A DNA stretch of 63,995 bases, filler included, from Folioceros fuciformis (taxonomy: Eukaryota), in assembly GCA_049999805.1 (NCBI GenBank). It is 5 parts of 5 records of this genome, joined end to end, with 100 filler letters (N's around TTAATTAATTAA, not from the genome) between each part and the next. Parts side by side here need not be neighbours in the genome. Positions count along the whole stretch, not along the records: positions 1 to 30,860 come from JBNGIO010005673.1; positions 30,961 to 55,279 come from JBNGIO010005675.1; 3 more parts are not named here. The stretch is one strand, 5' to 3'. Position numbers and translations under genes: made by a program. Positions 23,505-36,988 of this stretch are shown in pieces; position 1 is the stretch's first letter; every line of letters starts with the position of its first letter. Below the pieces are notes generated by a model. The model made no database searches, had not been told where the DNA came from, and worked only from the letters and a program-made list of their open reading frames with translations.

Positions 23505-23642
23505 GGACGGCCCATTCCCCCTCATTTAGTGTTGTACCAACCTTTAGGACCTGGTTTAGGCCTCACGGCCCATTCCCCCTCATTTAGTGTTGTACCAACC
23601 TTGAGGACCTGGTTTAGGCCACACGGCCCATTCCCCCTCATT
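23505..23642 (+). repeat. ~58-bp tandem repeat, about 2.4 units
   Basis: CACGGCCCATTCCCCCTCATTTAGTGTTGTACCAACCTTxAGGACCTGGTTTAGGC repeated. Confidence 0.85.
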
Positions 23643-25415
23643 AAAAACATAGATGTGATCGACTAGAGAAGAAATTTTTAGAGAGCCCATTTTTATTAAA
23701 GTCGTGTGTCCTTTTAAGGTGTGTGAGGGACACCGATTCGAGGTGTCCCGTGAAAGTGACGATTAGGATTTTGGGACACGACCCTCAAACGTAGCTATTT
23801 AAATCTAACGTTTCGATTTAATGCATTAATAAATGCTGGCTATTAATTTAAGTAATGCAACCCTAATTACTTTAATTTCTTTACTCCCACTTAGCCTGCA
23901 TTCACTCTTAGTAACTCGGCGTATTTACTGGTACAGTCAGCTACATTGTTGCGCGGCCGTGAAATAGAGCCGTCCTTGCGCTGAGACTGAAACGTTTCTC
24001 TCGATGATCTCCTACTGTTAACTTGCCTCCTGTGCCGAAGGCGTCCATGCAAAGTTTGTGCTGGCTTCTGGCAGCTGTATTCTCTTGAAGAAGAGATGGA
24101 GATAGCTCACACAAGGTTGCGATCAGCTCAGAGACTGCCACGGCTCGTCGCTGATGCTCCCTAGAGGTTTTCTCCCAAATTGCATGGATCGATTCATATA
24201 CGCTGAAGTGATTTCACCGATGAAGGCCGCCTCATCTTGAGATATGGTAGATTGGCACTCCAGGCTAACTCCCACTGCAACAAGAAATAAAAAAAATTGC
24301 GCTGTTCGCTAACCGACTGCTTATGTGGTGGCAGAACACTGGTGGCCATGTGCAACAGAGATGCCACTGCGCCAATTCCAGCCGAGCTGAGGATTCCTGC
24401 AAGCATAGGGGTTAGACTACCCTTGAGGCAGTACTGCTCACGCTTCTGAGTTGGCTGTTAAGTCCATTGCCTTGGAGAAGTTATCGTGTTTGTCTCTTGG
24501 CAGGGCTTTAGTTAGAAGATCAGCCACATTGTTGTCCGTTGGGACATACTGCACGGTTGCTTGGCCTTCAGAGATGACTTGGCGTATGAAGTGATGTTTT
24601 ATCTCGATATGTTTTGTCCTCGCATCCATGATAGGATTTTTCGCCAAGGCTATGGCCGATTGATTGTCACTGAGGAGTAGGGTTGGTGCTGCTTGTGTCT
24701 CTCCCAAGGATGCAAGCAGTTCTCGGCTATGAATTATGTCTTGGGCTGCCGTCGTTGTGGCAATGTACTCTGCCTCTGTTGAGGAGAGAGCAACCACCTG
24801 TTGCTTTTTGCTATGCCATGTTATTACAGTTGAGTTCCATTCATCCTTTCCTAACAGCAGGCAGTGTGCAGAGATAGACTTCCTACTGTCGGAATCAGAG
24901 GCCCAATCTGCATCACAGAAGCAGCTAAGAAGTAGGTTTTCTGGTCTCTTTGTGTATAGCAGGCCAAGGTTAGGTGATCCTCCAAGGTAATGGAGGATCC
25001 TTTGTACTACATCCCAGTGCGCTGTGCCGTAATTTCACAGGAACTGGGATGTGACCCCAACTGAATGTGCCAGGTCAGGCCTTGTCCAATTCCTGAAATA
25101 AATGCATGCTCCCACTGTTGACCTATAAGGTACCTTCTCCATTTCCATCCGTTCTTGTTCAGTTGTTGGGCATTGTGCCAAGGTGAGCTTGTCACCAACT
25201 GCCATTGGAGTTACAGCTGGTTTTGCGTCTTGTAGCCTAAACCTAACTAGGACTCGATGTACAAATTGACCTTGATGTATGAAAATCGAGTGTCTAGACA
25301 GGTTTTGGATGATCTGAATCCTTAAGAAGAAGGTCAACTAACCCAAGTCCGTCATGGAGAATTCAGCAATTAGGAAACCTTTCACTTTCGACATGGATTG
25401 GGGACTGCTACCAAT
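23640..25415 (-). mobile_element. Old Ty1/Copia 3' fragment (end of RT, RNase H, 3' UTR, probable LTR)
   Basis: VPYRSTVG...WTRPDL, FCDADWA, VALSSTEAEY, DNQSAI and RTKHIEIKHHFIR, with stops and frameshifts. PPT-like CTCCCACTT at 23884. Confidence 0.8.
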
Positions 25416-28400
25416 TGCAAAAAGATAGGATCGGATGAATTGCATTATGGGGTAACACACGTTTTGTGTGTCACCTGACATGTGACGGTTACAACCGAGG
25501 TAACATGTGACGGTTACAACCGTATTTAGGTAACCGTCTAGTTCGCTAATTAACCTAAGGACTGGACATAATTAATATATATATAGTTTCACTCCCACTC
25601 AGGAGTTAGGTTATTTATAGTCGCATAGTTTTAGCAACCATTTAATTCTAATTCTATTGACTGCCCTAAGAAACTTCAACTAGAATTGAAACTTCAAAAG
25701 AAACTTTGCCGCCGAAGAAGCGCTATCCAAAAAATGTTTGGACTTCACCTTCTTCGTGGCCGGTCCGCTGCCGTGAGAGCCTGATCCGTGCGAGATCGCC
25801 AGCTGCTAGTGATGCGCGCACACTTGCGCCGCCGACACCCTCTGCTGGGGATGCTTGTTACTTGCAGCTGCTGGATCGCAGCTGCTGGATTGCAGCTCGC
25901 CGCCACTGCGGCTCTCAGCTGCTAGCTGCCCTGACGCTGGATGCGCGCTGCTGTTGCGCACTCAGATCTCTTCTGCATCTTCGAAATGAGCCTGATGGCT
26001 CCTGCTGGATTCAGCTGGATCGGGCAGCCAGATTGGCCTGCCTGACCCGGAGCGCAGTCCCATTCCATGAGCATGCTGGCTGTGCTTCGTCTTGCCTAGC
26101 GCCTTGGTCAGGACATCTGCTGTCATGAGCCCTGTGGGGCAGTTCACTACTTGGATGAGTCCACTTGCAACCTGCTCCCTGATGAAGTGATGCTGCACGC
26201 CGAGATGCTTCGTGCGTGCATGGAATCTAGGATTTTCTGATAATGCTATGGCGCTTTGATTGTCACACATCAATCTTAGCGGCAGTGGTTGAAGGGAACC
26301 AAGATCTGTAAGTGCTCCCACTGCCCAAATGGCCTCTTTACATGCTTCAGTCAGTGATTTGTATTCTGACTCTGTTGATGACAATGCAACAGTTGATTGT
26401 CGCTTGCTGCTCCAGGAGATTGCACTCCCTGCCAAAGTGAATACATAGCTTGAGATGCTGCGGCGTGAATCCTGGTCTCCTGCCCAGTCGGCATCGCTGA
26501 ATGCTTTGAGAGTAAGTGGATCATCTGCATCTCCACTGTAGAGGAGGCCCCAGTCTTCTGTAGCTTTTATATACCTGAACAACCTCCTCATTGCTAACCA
26601 GTGAGCCATGGCAGGGTTTGACAAAAACTGGGACAGAATTCCCACAGCATACGCAAGATCTGGTCTTGTGCCCAGCATCAAATACATCACGCTTCCACTC
26701 AGAGAGGTATATGGAAATTCTGCCATCAGTCTTACTTCTTCTGCAGTAAGCTCTGCCTCTCCTTATTGTGCACTATATTTTACGTTTTGTTCAAGAGGAG
26801 TTGAAACAGGTTTGCAATTTTGCATCTGGAAACGTGCTAGGATCTGCCTGATATATTTAGCCTGGTGCATAAAAATACTCCTTCTTTCTCTGTCTCTTTG
26901 AATTTGCATCCCTAGGCATAATGTTAATGCACCTGAGTCTGTCATCTTGAATGCAGACTTGAGTTGCTCCTTCAGCTCTCCAATCATATTCAGGCTATTG
27001 GACATAATAAGTATGTCATCAACATATATTGCGAGCGCCAAGAAATTCTTGCCCTCGCCCTTCTTTACATAAACGTTATCGTCTGCATGAATAGGCAGGT
27101 AGTTATGAGAAACTAGGAAGCTATGTATACGTGCAAACCATGCACGAGGACTTTGCTTAAGTCCATATAAGGTCCTTTTGAGCTTGCATACAGTCTGCTG
27201 TTTAGTGTCAGAAGGTAATAATCCAGCAGGTGGCTCCATATAGATCTCTTCATTCAGATGTCCGTACAGAAACGTCGTGGTAACATCGAGCTGTTCAAGC
27301 TCATAATTGTGGACTGCTAACAGGGCCATAAATAATCTGAGAGTGCTCATCTTTACTACAGGACTGAAGGTGTCCGTATAGTCGACTCCTGCAACTTGTG
27401 AGTAGCCCTTTGCCACTACTCTTCCTTTATAACGTTCTATGCTACCATCAGCTTTCAATTTAACCTTAAACACCCATTTACTGCCAATGAGCTTCCTTCC
27501 AGGTGGCAGCTGAGTGAGTTCCCAAGTTTCATTCTCCTTCAATGAATTCAGCTCGGAGGCAATTGCCTTCCTCCAATGTTCAGCATCAGGACAGGCCAAT
27601 GCCTCCTCATAGGTTTGTGGCTCGAAGTGCTCAATTGCAGCAGCTAAACAGTAAGTTAGATTTGACTTTGAATGCTTTGGGTCCTTGCCATGCCGCCAAT
27701 CATGAGCTTTGTATAGGTCAATTTTCCCAGCAGTTGACCTAACAGGTTTTTGACTTGGCTGTACAGGTACAGAGACAACCTTCTTTTTGCGTTGCACAAC
27801 TCCAGATGTCTGTGTATGCTGATAATGTGAGGGTGTAGAAAACAAGTCTCCAGGAGACACTACTCCCTCTATGTCAAAATCTCCAAATACAATAGGTGCC
27901 GTTTCAGCACTACTAGTGGGTCTATTTGGAGGTTGACTGATTGGCGTAGCTGGAACTTGCTGCCCTTGTACACCAACTTGAGGATTAGCTGGTGGTACAG
28001 TAACTTGAGGTACAACAGCTATTGGATTTGAGGGCACTGATTCTTGCCCTTCATCATCTGATGTTTCAGGTGTATCCTGGGAGGCAGCTCCCACTGAATC
28101 AAGTGATTCCACTCCTTCAACAAAAATGACATCCCGAGAATGTGTCACCCTCCTGGTACGCTTGTCAATAACTTTGTATCCTTTGATACCATCTGAAAAA
28201 CCCAGAAAGATGCAGGATGTTGACTTAGGATCAAATTTCTGCCTAAGATCTTTGTGAACATGCACATAAACAGGTGATCCGAAGACCCTCATGTGAGAAA
28301 CATCAGGCTTTTCTCTAGTCCAAAGCTCGTAGGGGGTCTTGTCTTGGACAGCTGCATGCTCTATCCGATTTTGTATGAATGTGGCATATGCTACTGCTTC

Positions 28401-30860
28401 TGCCCAGTAGCACTTCGGAAGATTAGCATACATTAGCATGCTAGAAGCTGCTGTCTCCAGGGATTTGTTCTTATTCTCGGAGACACCATTTTGTTGTGGA
28501 GTACGTGCATTTGTCAGCTGCCTCGATATGCCATTTGCAGAGGTAAACGCCTGAAACTCAGCAGATACATACTCTCCTCCATTGTCAGAACGCAATGCCT
28601 TGAGTCTGTGCTCAGTTTTGTTTTCTGCCCATGCCTTATACTCCATGAAGCAGGACAAAGTTTCAGACTTGCGTTTGAGGAGATAGATCACAGTGAACCT
28701 CGAATAGTCATCGATGAATGACAAAAAATAGGTCTTTCCTCCTATTGACACAGGTAGTGGTCCACATACATCGCTGTGCACTAACCCAAGCAATTTTGTA
28801 GCTCTCTCAGCTGAATCTGACGGAAAGGGTGCTCGGTGGTGCTTCCCAACAACGCATGCATTGCATAGATAAGGTTTAGATAAAGTCAGATAAGGTATCT
28901 AACTTTAGTCCCTTCACCAGCTGATTTTTATACATGCGTACTAGCTTTTGGAAGTTCAGATGGCCAAGTCTCAAATGCCATAGGTATGTTAAAGATGGCT
29001 TTGCCATGTGTGCAGGGTGCACAGCTGCATTGGCTTGAACATGCTTGATGTTCAGATGATATAAATCATCAGCTTTGAGTCCTCCAGTAGCCATGAGCTT
29101 CCCTTTCGGAGTCTCCACTATGCACTTGCCTCCACCGAAGCAGATGTAGCAGCCTGACTGGCCTATCTTTCGTACAGATACCAGGTTTTTAGCTAAACCT
29201 GGTACGTAGAGCACCTCTGGGATATCTAGGTGCTGATCAGGCTCGAGGTCAAGCTGGATTGTTCCTTGACCTTCGATTTTGTGCTTAGTGTTGTCCCCCA
29301 GGCAAACAAACCTCTCAGCATTTATTGGTTCAAGATTTGTGAAGTAGGCATGATTTGGCGTCATGTGCTGAGACGCTCCTGAATCTATGTACCACACCTG
29401 GTCAACCTGGGATGCGTAACAGGTAACCACCAATGCTGAGATACTGGTTGCATGATGCGGTACATTTTCAGCCTCTTCTACTGTGGCTGCAAAAGCCTTA
29501 GTATATTTCTTCATGGTAATTGCCAAATTACCACTAGTGTGGCTGCCTCCTGACTGATTAGCCAGTCTTTTTCTACAGACTTCCCAGGTGTGATTGGGAA
29601 TTCCGCAATAGCCGCATGGCGGCTTGCTCTTTCCAGCATTAAAGGGCTGTGGTTTGAATGAGATACCACGTCCTCGGCCTCTTCCTCTGACAAAAGGCCT
29701 GCCTCTGCCTCTGCCTCGTCCAGGTTTATTAATGAACAAGGCCTTATCTCCTGCAGCTGTTGAGGACGATGCCATAGTTCGGCGATTTTCCTCAGTAAGC
29801 ATAGTTGAGATGACACGGTTTACCGTGATCTGTGCTACATTCTGCAGGGATTGGACTACATTGGTCCAGCTTTCTGGCAGCTGTGAAAGGAGAATGACAA
29901 CCATTATTTCTTCATCGAGTTTCAAGCCGAGTGCCAGGAGTTTTGTTTGCCAACTTCTCCAGGTGAGGACAAACTCAGCAACTCTGTCAGTTTCTGACAT
30001 CTTCTGGCATACAAAAGACTTGAGCGTGTGAGTCTTTAGCATCAAGTCTGAAGCATCATATACTTCAAGTAATTGTTGCCAGAGAGCTGCTGCTGATGTG
30101 AAAGAGCCCATGAGTGTGGCTATATGAGAGCTCTTGACACTCATAGTTAATGAACTCCTTGCTTGTTGATTTGCAGTCTGCCATGCTGCAATCTCATCCG
30201 ATGGTGCAGTGTTTGGTGGTTCAAGTTTCACAACAGCTGCACCTACGTATTCCCACAAATTTCTCGACTTCAGCAATTCTTCCATACGGAACTTCCAGAG
30301 GTTAAAATTTTCCCCATCAAACTTATCTTCCTTCGCCAAGGCAAGAGGGGTTTGTGGCTGTTGCCCAGCCATGACTCTCAGTGGAGAGAATGAAAAGTAG
30401 CCTTGCAGGAGGAAGGTGAATTTCGTTGACACTTTACCTCTAAAGACATTTGAATACTTTCTTGTTGGGCAAAACAGAACTCAGAATGCAGTTTGTGTAC
30501 TACATGACAAGTGAAGGTTTCTATGTAATGGACACAGGGTGTGAATGGTTGTTCCTTAAGCAGTTCACTCAACGAATTGAAGACTAATGTGTGGACACTA
30601 TCTGGTGTCGCAGGCAGATTTATGACAAAGGTTGACCTGGAAGACATGTCTGCTATTGGACCAGGTCAGAAATATCTATCTTTCTCCAGTCATACCCATC
30701 ATTGGCTTCGAAACCCTGAACCACATTTGTTGCCATTAGTTCTAAGATGATGCAGATTCTTATCCAGGCTTGTTGCCACCTATTTACAGGTGCCAGGCTC
30801 TCTTGGTAGTTCCTCTCACACCGGCGCTCAAACTCTGTGATACTGGCAAGCCTCAGCGCA
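25416..30860 (-). mobile_element. Ty1/Copia retrotransposon abutting the RT region of the older Copia (probably nested). gag-pol ~30371-25962 with one frameshift (~28870) and one in-frame TAA (26763-26765). Putative 3' LTR 25416-25591; 5' end lost in the gap
   Basis: Gag DKFDGENFNLWKFRM, zinc knuckle CGYCGIPNHTWEVC, protease WYIDSGASQHM, LWHLRLGH, integrase VHSDVCGP/LRSDNGGEY, RT YVDDIL, RNase H DADWAG. PPT (CTCCCACT on the + strand) abuts TTTCA at 25591. Confidence 0.92.
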
Positions 30861-30960
30861 NNNNNNNNNNNNNNNNNNNNNNNNNNNNNNNNNNNNNNNN
30901 NNNNTTAATTAATTAANNNNNNNNNNNNNNNNNNNNNNNNNNNNNNNNNNNNNNNNNNNN
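30861..30960. other. Assembly linker (N-run with TTAATTAATTAA). The same linker occurs at 55280-55379, 60910-61009 and 62831-62930; a plain 100-N gap is at 55538-55637
   Basis: Identical 100-nt N blocks with a six-frame stop cassette in the middle. Confidence 0.97.
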
Positions 30961-31842
30961 GAGTAGGAGCGTCCGGGTGTGACTTGGGTAGTTGGGGGGT
31001 GCTGAGGAGTTAGGGACCCTTAAGGTAGTAATTGATTTTGAGAGGAAACCCGTGTAGTTGGACATAAATCATTCCCTTGGGATCGAATCCCAGTGCTATA
31101 ACAACAAAGAGGGTTTGTGTGGACCTCGTAGCACCCCTGGGTGCAATATTTTCCCCCACACATTCACAATGCCTTGCTGCGCAGTTGTGTATTGTTTGGC
31201 ATTCTTTCTGGACCTATAATAAGCACATTGCGTAGTGAGGCCGCGTAGGAAATTGGGAACTGAGCAAGTGGGGCTCGTACGCAATGAGCGACTGCCCCGC
31301 CATATACAAGCTCGGTACTTAAATGGTATGCCGGGTTTCAAGATTGCTTAAACGTGTATTGATTTTTTTAATAAATGTTGATCCTTGTTCAGGAGCCTAC
31401 ACGTGCACTTGCGCCAATGCGCGGGCATGTGCTTCGCGGACGCACTTGCAAGCATGGAAGCTGAATAATCTGAGGTCCTTTCATTTCAGTTGGTCATCAG
31501 ATGTAGCAGCTAAGCTAGGCCTTCTACATAACCATAGCACTCGCATTGCTTGCCTTCTGCCGAGCCAAGCCCTTTACATGACCGCTAGGCCCTCTACGTG
31601 ACCAACACACCCCCACCCTCACCTGCATTGCTAGCCTTCTACCTTGGTGTGTTCGCAACTTGGTGATAAGATTTGTTGATCATTGCGGCTTTCTTCATGT
31701 TCATTAGTGTGCGCATTACTTGAGGTCAAGATCAAGTGCTTTGCCTGAAAGTTTGTCGGTACCACCTATATAGAAAGCTTGCCTGGATTATTGGACAGGC
31801 CTTGGCCTTGGAATAATTGTAGAGGCTACAGAGCCAAACACC

Positions 31843-32805
31843 ATGGCATCTCATAGTCTGTCTCCCATGGTTCTTATCGATTTGGATGCCCATAATAATG
31901 AAAACAAGGAGCTTCAGATGATGGAAGGTCCCAACGAGATGACACTATGGTTTGCACGTTCTACTGAAGCCCTTTTGGATGCATTGAGGATATGTATGTA
32001 AAATTGGAGAGAGGAAATTTGGCAGCAAAGCATTGGATGCAAATTGCTACATCCATTGGAGGTGCTTGTTCTTGGAAAGTGAGCTATGTGCAATGTAAGC
32101 GTAAAATGGAAGCATTGAAAAAGAGATATAAGCAGGAGTGTTTGAAGAGGAGCAACACAAGCGGGTCTCTAATGCACTAGGTGTGATGGTCAGCTATGCA
32201 TGCCATTTTCGCCACCAACCCAAAACTATCTGGCATATTTGGAGCATGTGATATAGGTGGTAACAACCTATCCATGCAAGATTCTACTTCAGCTGGTGGC
32301 CTTACACAGGTTGTTACATTTGTGGAAAAGAATGTCCCACCAACATCCAATTGTGATGAGGTCCCTGCCTCCCATAGCAATCTTGTTGTATATGCAGGGA
32401 GTGCAGTTGTGGACGAGGTTAGTTCAATACTTGGGAGGAAGCAGAGAAAGAGTTTATCTCTTGCTAACCTTGATTTTGGCTCAAATGAGAACTCGAAGGG
32501 AAAGAGACATGTGCCTGAAGATGGTACTAGATCTCCAGACATAATTAAGACAACGACTTTCAAGTTGCCTGGTGTTTTGGGACAGAAGACGTCATCTTCA
32601 AAAAAGGGTAGAAGAATGTCTTTTGGATTTGATTTGAAGAAGGGTCTGGCTAATTTTTGCAAAAGTTTATTCTGATATAGAGCTTGCTAGGATGGCTCAA
32701 AATGCAGGTTTCGAGCAAATTCGCAATACAAATGCTCAAGCTCATGTGCAAGCTCAAGTGGATATAGCTCAAATCTTTGCAGCAGCTTTAAAAAAAGATG
32801 GGTAG
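31843..32805 (+). pseudogene. Myb/SANT (trihelix-type) DNA-binding ORF of a PIF/Harbinger transposon, disrupted
   Basis: W...STEALLDA/ MYVKLERGNLAAKHWMQIA...QCKRKMEALKKRYKQE. Frameshift near 31985 and stops at 32178 and 32673. Confidence 0.75.
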
Positions 32806-32839
32806 TGAGCAAAGCCACAAGTCCTCTCTACATGTATTT

Positions 32840-34130
32840 CATTTCGCAAGGAATGCACATGAGACACTACAATCCTTAAAGAACTTCTTTGTTGAACATT
32901 TGTTTTGCCTACCTTTGATTTCCAACACCACGCATTGCATGTTCATTGATTCTCCACACCCGCCATTCTCGGTACATAGCCAACCTAATCAACTTCACTT
33001 TTCTGTTCAACCTTTCTCTACTGCTGTGGTCATAAAAAAAGGTCTTCCACCATGCTCCAAAAGATGAGGATCACTATTATTATACAGTGGTTCTTCTTCC
33101 CCATTCAAGATGCAGAAGTTGTGGAGGGTGTAGTAAGCCACAATAGTTTGTGCAGTATGGGAGATGTGTACCTTCATGTCTGTGCACATCTTCCACTTTG
33201 TTTTAAGAAGAGCAAATGCATTTTCTATTCATACCCTACCCTGGAAAAATGCTTGTTGAACTTTCGCTGAAGGGGTGTCAGAGGTGCTTGCCTGAATGCT
33301 GTCGTAAGGAATGACAACAATGGATACGCCTTGCCACCAATAATGCACGGGCGAACTTGCTGTCCATGAATGGATAACTCAGGCTCCGTGCATACCCTGT
33401 CCATGTTCAACCGTTGCCAGATACTACTACTTTGCAGAACTGTAGAATCATGAACCCCTACAGGTACTATACAAGAAACATCAATGAACAATTTGTTGAA
33501 ATCACATATGGCCTGCAATGTAATAGCATGTATCTCCTTACAACACCACTATGCCACAGGATAATATCTTGCATTAGGCTTCTTGTGTAAGGGAATATAT
33601 GAGCTCTCAAGTGCACCAACATAATTACATAAGCGAGTTTCTTGCCTAAACCTTGCTATCACAACTTGTAGAGGAGGTCCCGTGGGCATAGATAGGTACT
33701 CTCCTCCAAGTTTTTGTGAATCACTAAGAATACTTGTCACAAGTTTTGTGGACTCAATAGTTGTTGAAGCTCTCACACCATATTCTTCAGCAATTGTTCT
33801 AGCTGACAAATTATGAGCTAGTCTATGAACAAGAACAAGAGTGACAACCAAATCCAATTCAAGTGGTTCACGGATGGAAGTGCGTATGGAAGTTCTAATT
33901 CTGAGCAGAGCTTTCGAAATGTGCCGTGAGACATCCTATATGCCCAATTCCATTGATAATCACAAACATCATCGCCAATGAGCTGCCATGCCTTGTTGTG
34001 AACCTCCTTCCACAGTGTAAATTGCCACCACTCCCTACTGTTAACTGTATACAAATGTTAGCTAATCATTGTAGCAATGACATAGAGCAGAACAAAGAAA
34101 ATCATTCATGAGGTAGACCCATCCTCATGT
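32840..34130 (-). pseudogene. PIF/Harbinger (HARBI1-like, DDE_Tnp_4) transposase, disrupted; convergent with the Myb ORF
   Basis: YRMSHGTFRKLC, LxRLAH...IAEEYGV, VGALESSYIP (GAIDGSHIP-like), LQAICD...FIDV...GVHDSTVL, GGKAYPLL, FNKHFS and LHNFCI. Confidence 0.85.
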
Positions 34131-35054
34131 GTAGACAAAGAAGTATGACTCCCCTTGCTTGACAATACGTTGAAATATGCTGCTAAGGCTATAATGTCGT
34201 CCATGGGGTACCGATATGTGCACACAAGCACCCTGGCTATGGCGTATCTGCTAGGTATTGCCTGGCTGTGGCAAGGCTATGGTGGGTATTGTAGAAAAAA
34301 TTTGAAGGAAGATGGGCTGTGTAGCTATGGCGTACTAGGAAGGCATAAGGGGTGTAAGCTTACCTGGTTGTGGCTATCGATCTGGTTATGGCGGGCCGGC
34401 AGAAGGAGGTGGGCCGTAGCGGGTGCCAACCTAAGCGGGTGAGAGAGAGGTGGAACGATTAGCCTTGGCCCGGGCTCCAATGGAACCATAGGCAAGATCT
34501 GTTCTAAATTCGGGATGGTGCTGCACAGTATGATTTATTAAAAATAGATTGAAAAGAAGCCCAAAGAATTCTTTCAAGGCCACGGAAAGACACTGCGCAA
34601 GAAGGCATTGTGACGGCAACGTCAGGGAAGCTTGGATTCTAGGCCCCTGTAAGTGCAGCGCAGACGTCACAGTTGCTGTAGGTATGTTCTTCCAAGTTCT
34701 AACCAGGACCGAAACAGACAAAAGGAAGAGGCGAGCGGGCCACCTTGGTCTCTTGACCAGTTCACATTTTTTTGGGCGCTGACTGGGACAGTGATGATCG
34801 GCAAATCCGGGCACAAAGCCTATTACAGTCGGTGGATATCTAGATGCCCCTTCTATTAGGGGCAGTTAGCATGTACTCCTTTCACAAAGCCTCTCCGGGG
34901 GCGGAGGTGAGACCTATAGAGGAGCTTGCCCAATCAGCCCAGAAATCGAGGGCACATAATTTACATGGTTTGTTACTATTTACACGGCCTTCACCTTGTG
35001 CTGCTGACCCTTCAATAGTTCAGTCAGCCTCCGGAAAAGAGGGACATTTAAATA

Positions 35055-36075
35055 TCACGCCGCTTCAGACATGAGGAAAAGCCTTATTCGTTGGAGCAGC
35101 TCGGCTTTTACATTATCTGGAACAGTTGCTGAAAACCGAGAAGACGCAAGAGACTTCACGTCACACATACGGGATGCTGGCAAATACCAGTAGTGCGTTA
35201 AGAAGCTAAGCTGGCTTACCTCTACCACTTGGTGTAATTGTCCGGACAAGCTCATCCACAGTGATATTGGCCCTGCCTCTCTTCCTTGTGTAAGCCCTGT
35301 TTTTCAGGGCTCGGTCAGATTGTTTCAACCTCCTATTCACTTGGGAATACCGACTTGGCAACAGCGCCACGGAGTCAGACACACAAAAATAAAGTTGAAT
35401 ACGCACCACAAGTACATAAGATTTGCCAGACTGACGGACAAGAAATGTTGGGCACCAGTGTCCACTTAAGGGGCACCCAGCAACGAGAAAACGAAGCCCA
35501 AGCATGTGATGATATCTTGTCAACCAGTGACGAAAACAAGCACTGAAGGAAAAGGCATACACATGATGACTACCCCTAGCTCGTGACGGTCATCAGTCCT
35601 ATACAAACGACAAAGGCCTGACACGGAGCTTGAGGGCCTTATCTTTGTCAGATTTTTCCAGACCTAGGGTTCGGCATAGGGCAGCTACACACATACTCTA
35701 ACCAAAACGCGAAATGCAGGGCAGGAAGGGGCAGGTCGGGGTGGGGCGGGACGAGGCAGGGCAGGGAGAGAAAAAAAAAGGACAGACGCACCGCGATACT
35801 CTACCTGCACTGGGCCTTCAATTCATCTCTCCATCCACACTCAATTAGCCGCTCTCTCAGCAGCTCTTTCAGGCGTTCCTTTTCTCCGCTCTCAATAAGC
35901 TGTCATGGCGCGACATGATGGGTTAAGCCAGCATTCCCCATGAGCAGAGCAAGATTTCGGGTGTTACAGCAACAGGAGACGAAAATCAGAACAAGAAGGG
36001 CAGAAGAAGACTCACATCTCTGTTCACTCGCATCGTGTACGTCTGAGGATCAATCGCCTTGACCTTCATCTCCAT
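35055..36075 (-). CDS. ENY2: Transcription and mRNA export factor ENY2/SUS1, 101 aa; exons 36075-36016, 35899-35805, 35296-35220, 35128-35055
   Basis: Spliced product [101 protein letters not shown]. Introns are GT-AG and the total is 306 nt. Confidence 0.93.
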
Positions 36076-36988
36076 GTAAATGGTAGCACCACAAGCTCAA
36101 CACGAAACAGAATCAGGACGTAGCGATCTCCAGAACCCAGTCTCCAAGGCAGCGTACAACGTGCTCCAGAGTCGAGCAGCACAGCAACGATCCACAGCAG
36201 CACCAGACATGTGATCCACAGGAAGCTATGGTACGCGAGGACACAAACCCCAAGCGCGGCCGCCCGGAAGGCTAGCGTAAGATAGAAAACCTAAGCGCAA
36301 CAGGCAAGGCACAACGTGCCGGAGGAGCGGCTTCGAAGTGGGAACCACATCAAGCCTGTGGGATAGGGGTGAGGTTGAGGATGGGGATGTGAAAGGCGAG
36401 GGAAACATGCATGCAACCGCTCGCGTTTAGAGCGCCTTGCCCTGGGGAGCGAAGAGCGAAGATGTCGCACTAGTGTCGTACGTAATTGTAATTTCTCTAT
36501 GCCCCGACTGGCGATCACGTACTTGGTGCTACATCTGTATGTACATATTTTGCAATGTGGAAAATCACAAAATGCCTTAACTGAAGGTGTGTTTGCTAGC
36601 CTGACCGTACGTAACTTGGTTAACCCAGTGTCCACGTGCAGGGTGGATCGACGGCCACCTGGACGTCCCGCGCAGGTTCACATCCCACGCGGCTGTGTCT
36701 TGCTCATCGTCTCGACACATTGCGCATATGTTTCATTGCTCGATCATTACGTCTACGAGTGTCGCTGCAGGTAACGTTTGTTGTTGCTGCTAGCCAGTCG
36801 CCGAGAGTTCGATGGCCAGTTCAATTCAAGCAGAACGCGAACAGGCTGAGCAAGGTCTGGCGGGGTTGGCTCTGGGCTCCAGAGGTATCTTTGTAAGATA
36901 GGCATGACTGTGTGCAGGTTTCACGTCGGATCGCAACATGGACCATGAAATGTGTGCATCTGATGGACAAGTGCTGCGTGTGCAACAG

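Noticed and set aside
30861-30960. TTAATTAATTAA palindrome inside N-runs (four occurrences)
   Set aside because: Artificial six-frame-stop contig linker, not biology. Adjacency across these linkers was not used as evidence.
30961-31160. Possible LTR end (…TTTTCCCCCACA) after the gap
   Set aside because: No partner LTR, PBS or TSD visible in the window.
35718-35766. G-rich tract (possible G-quadruplex) in ENY2 intron 2
   Set aside because: Low-complexity GGGCA-type repeat; no evidence of function from sequence alone.
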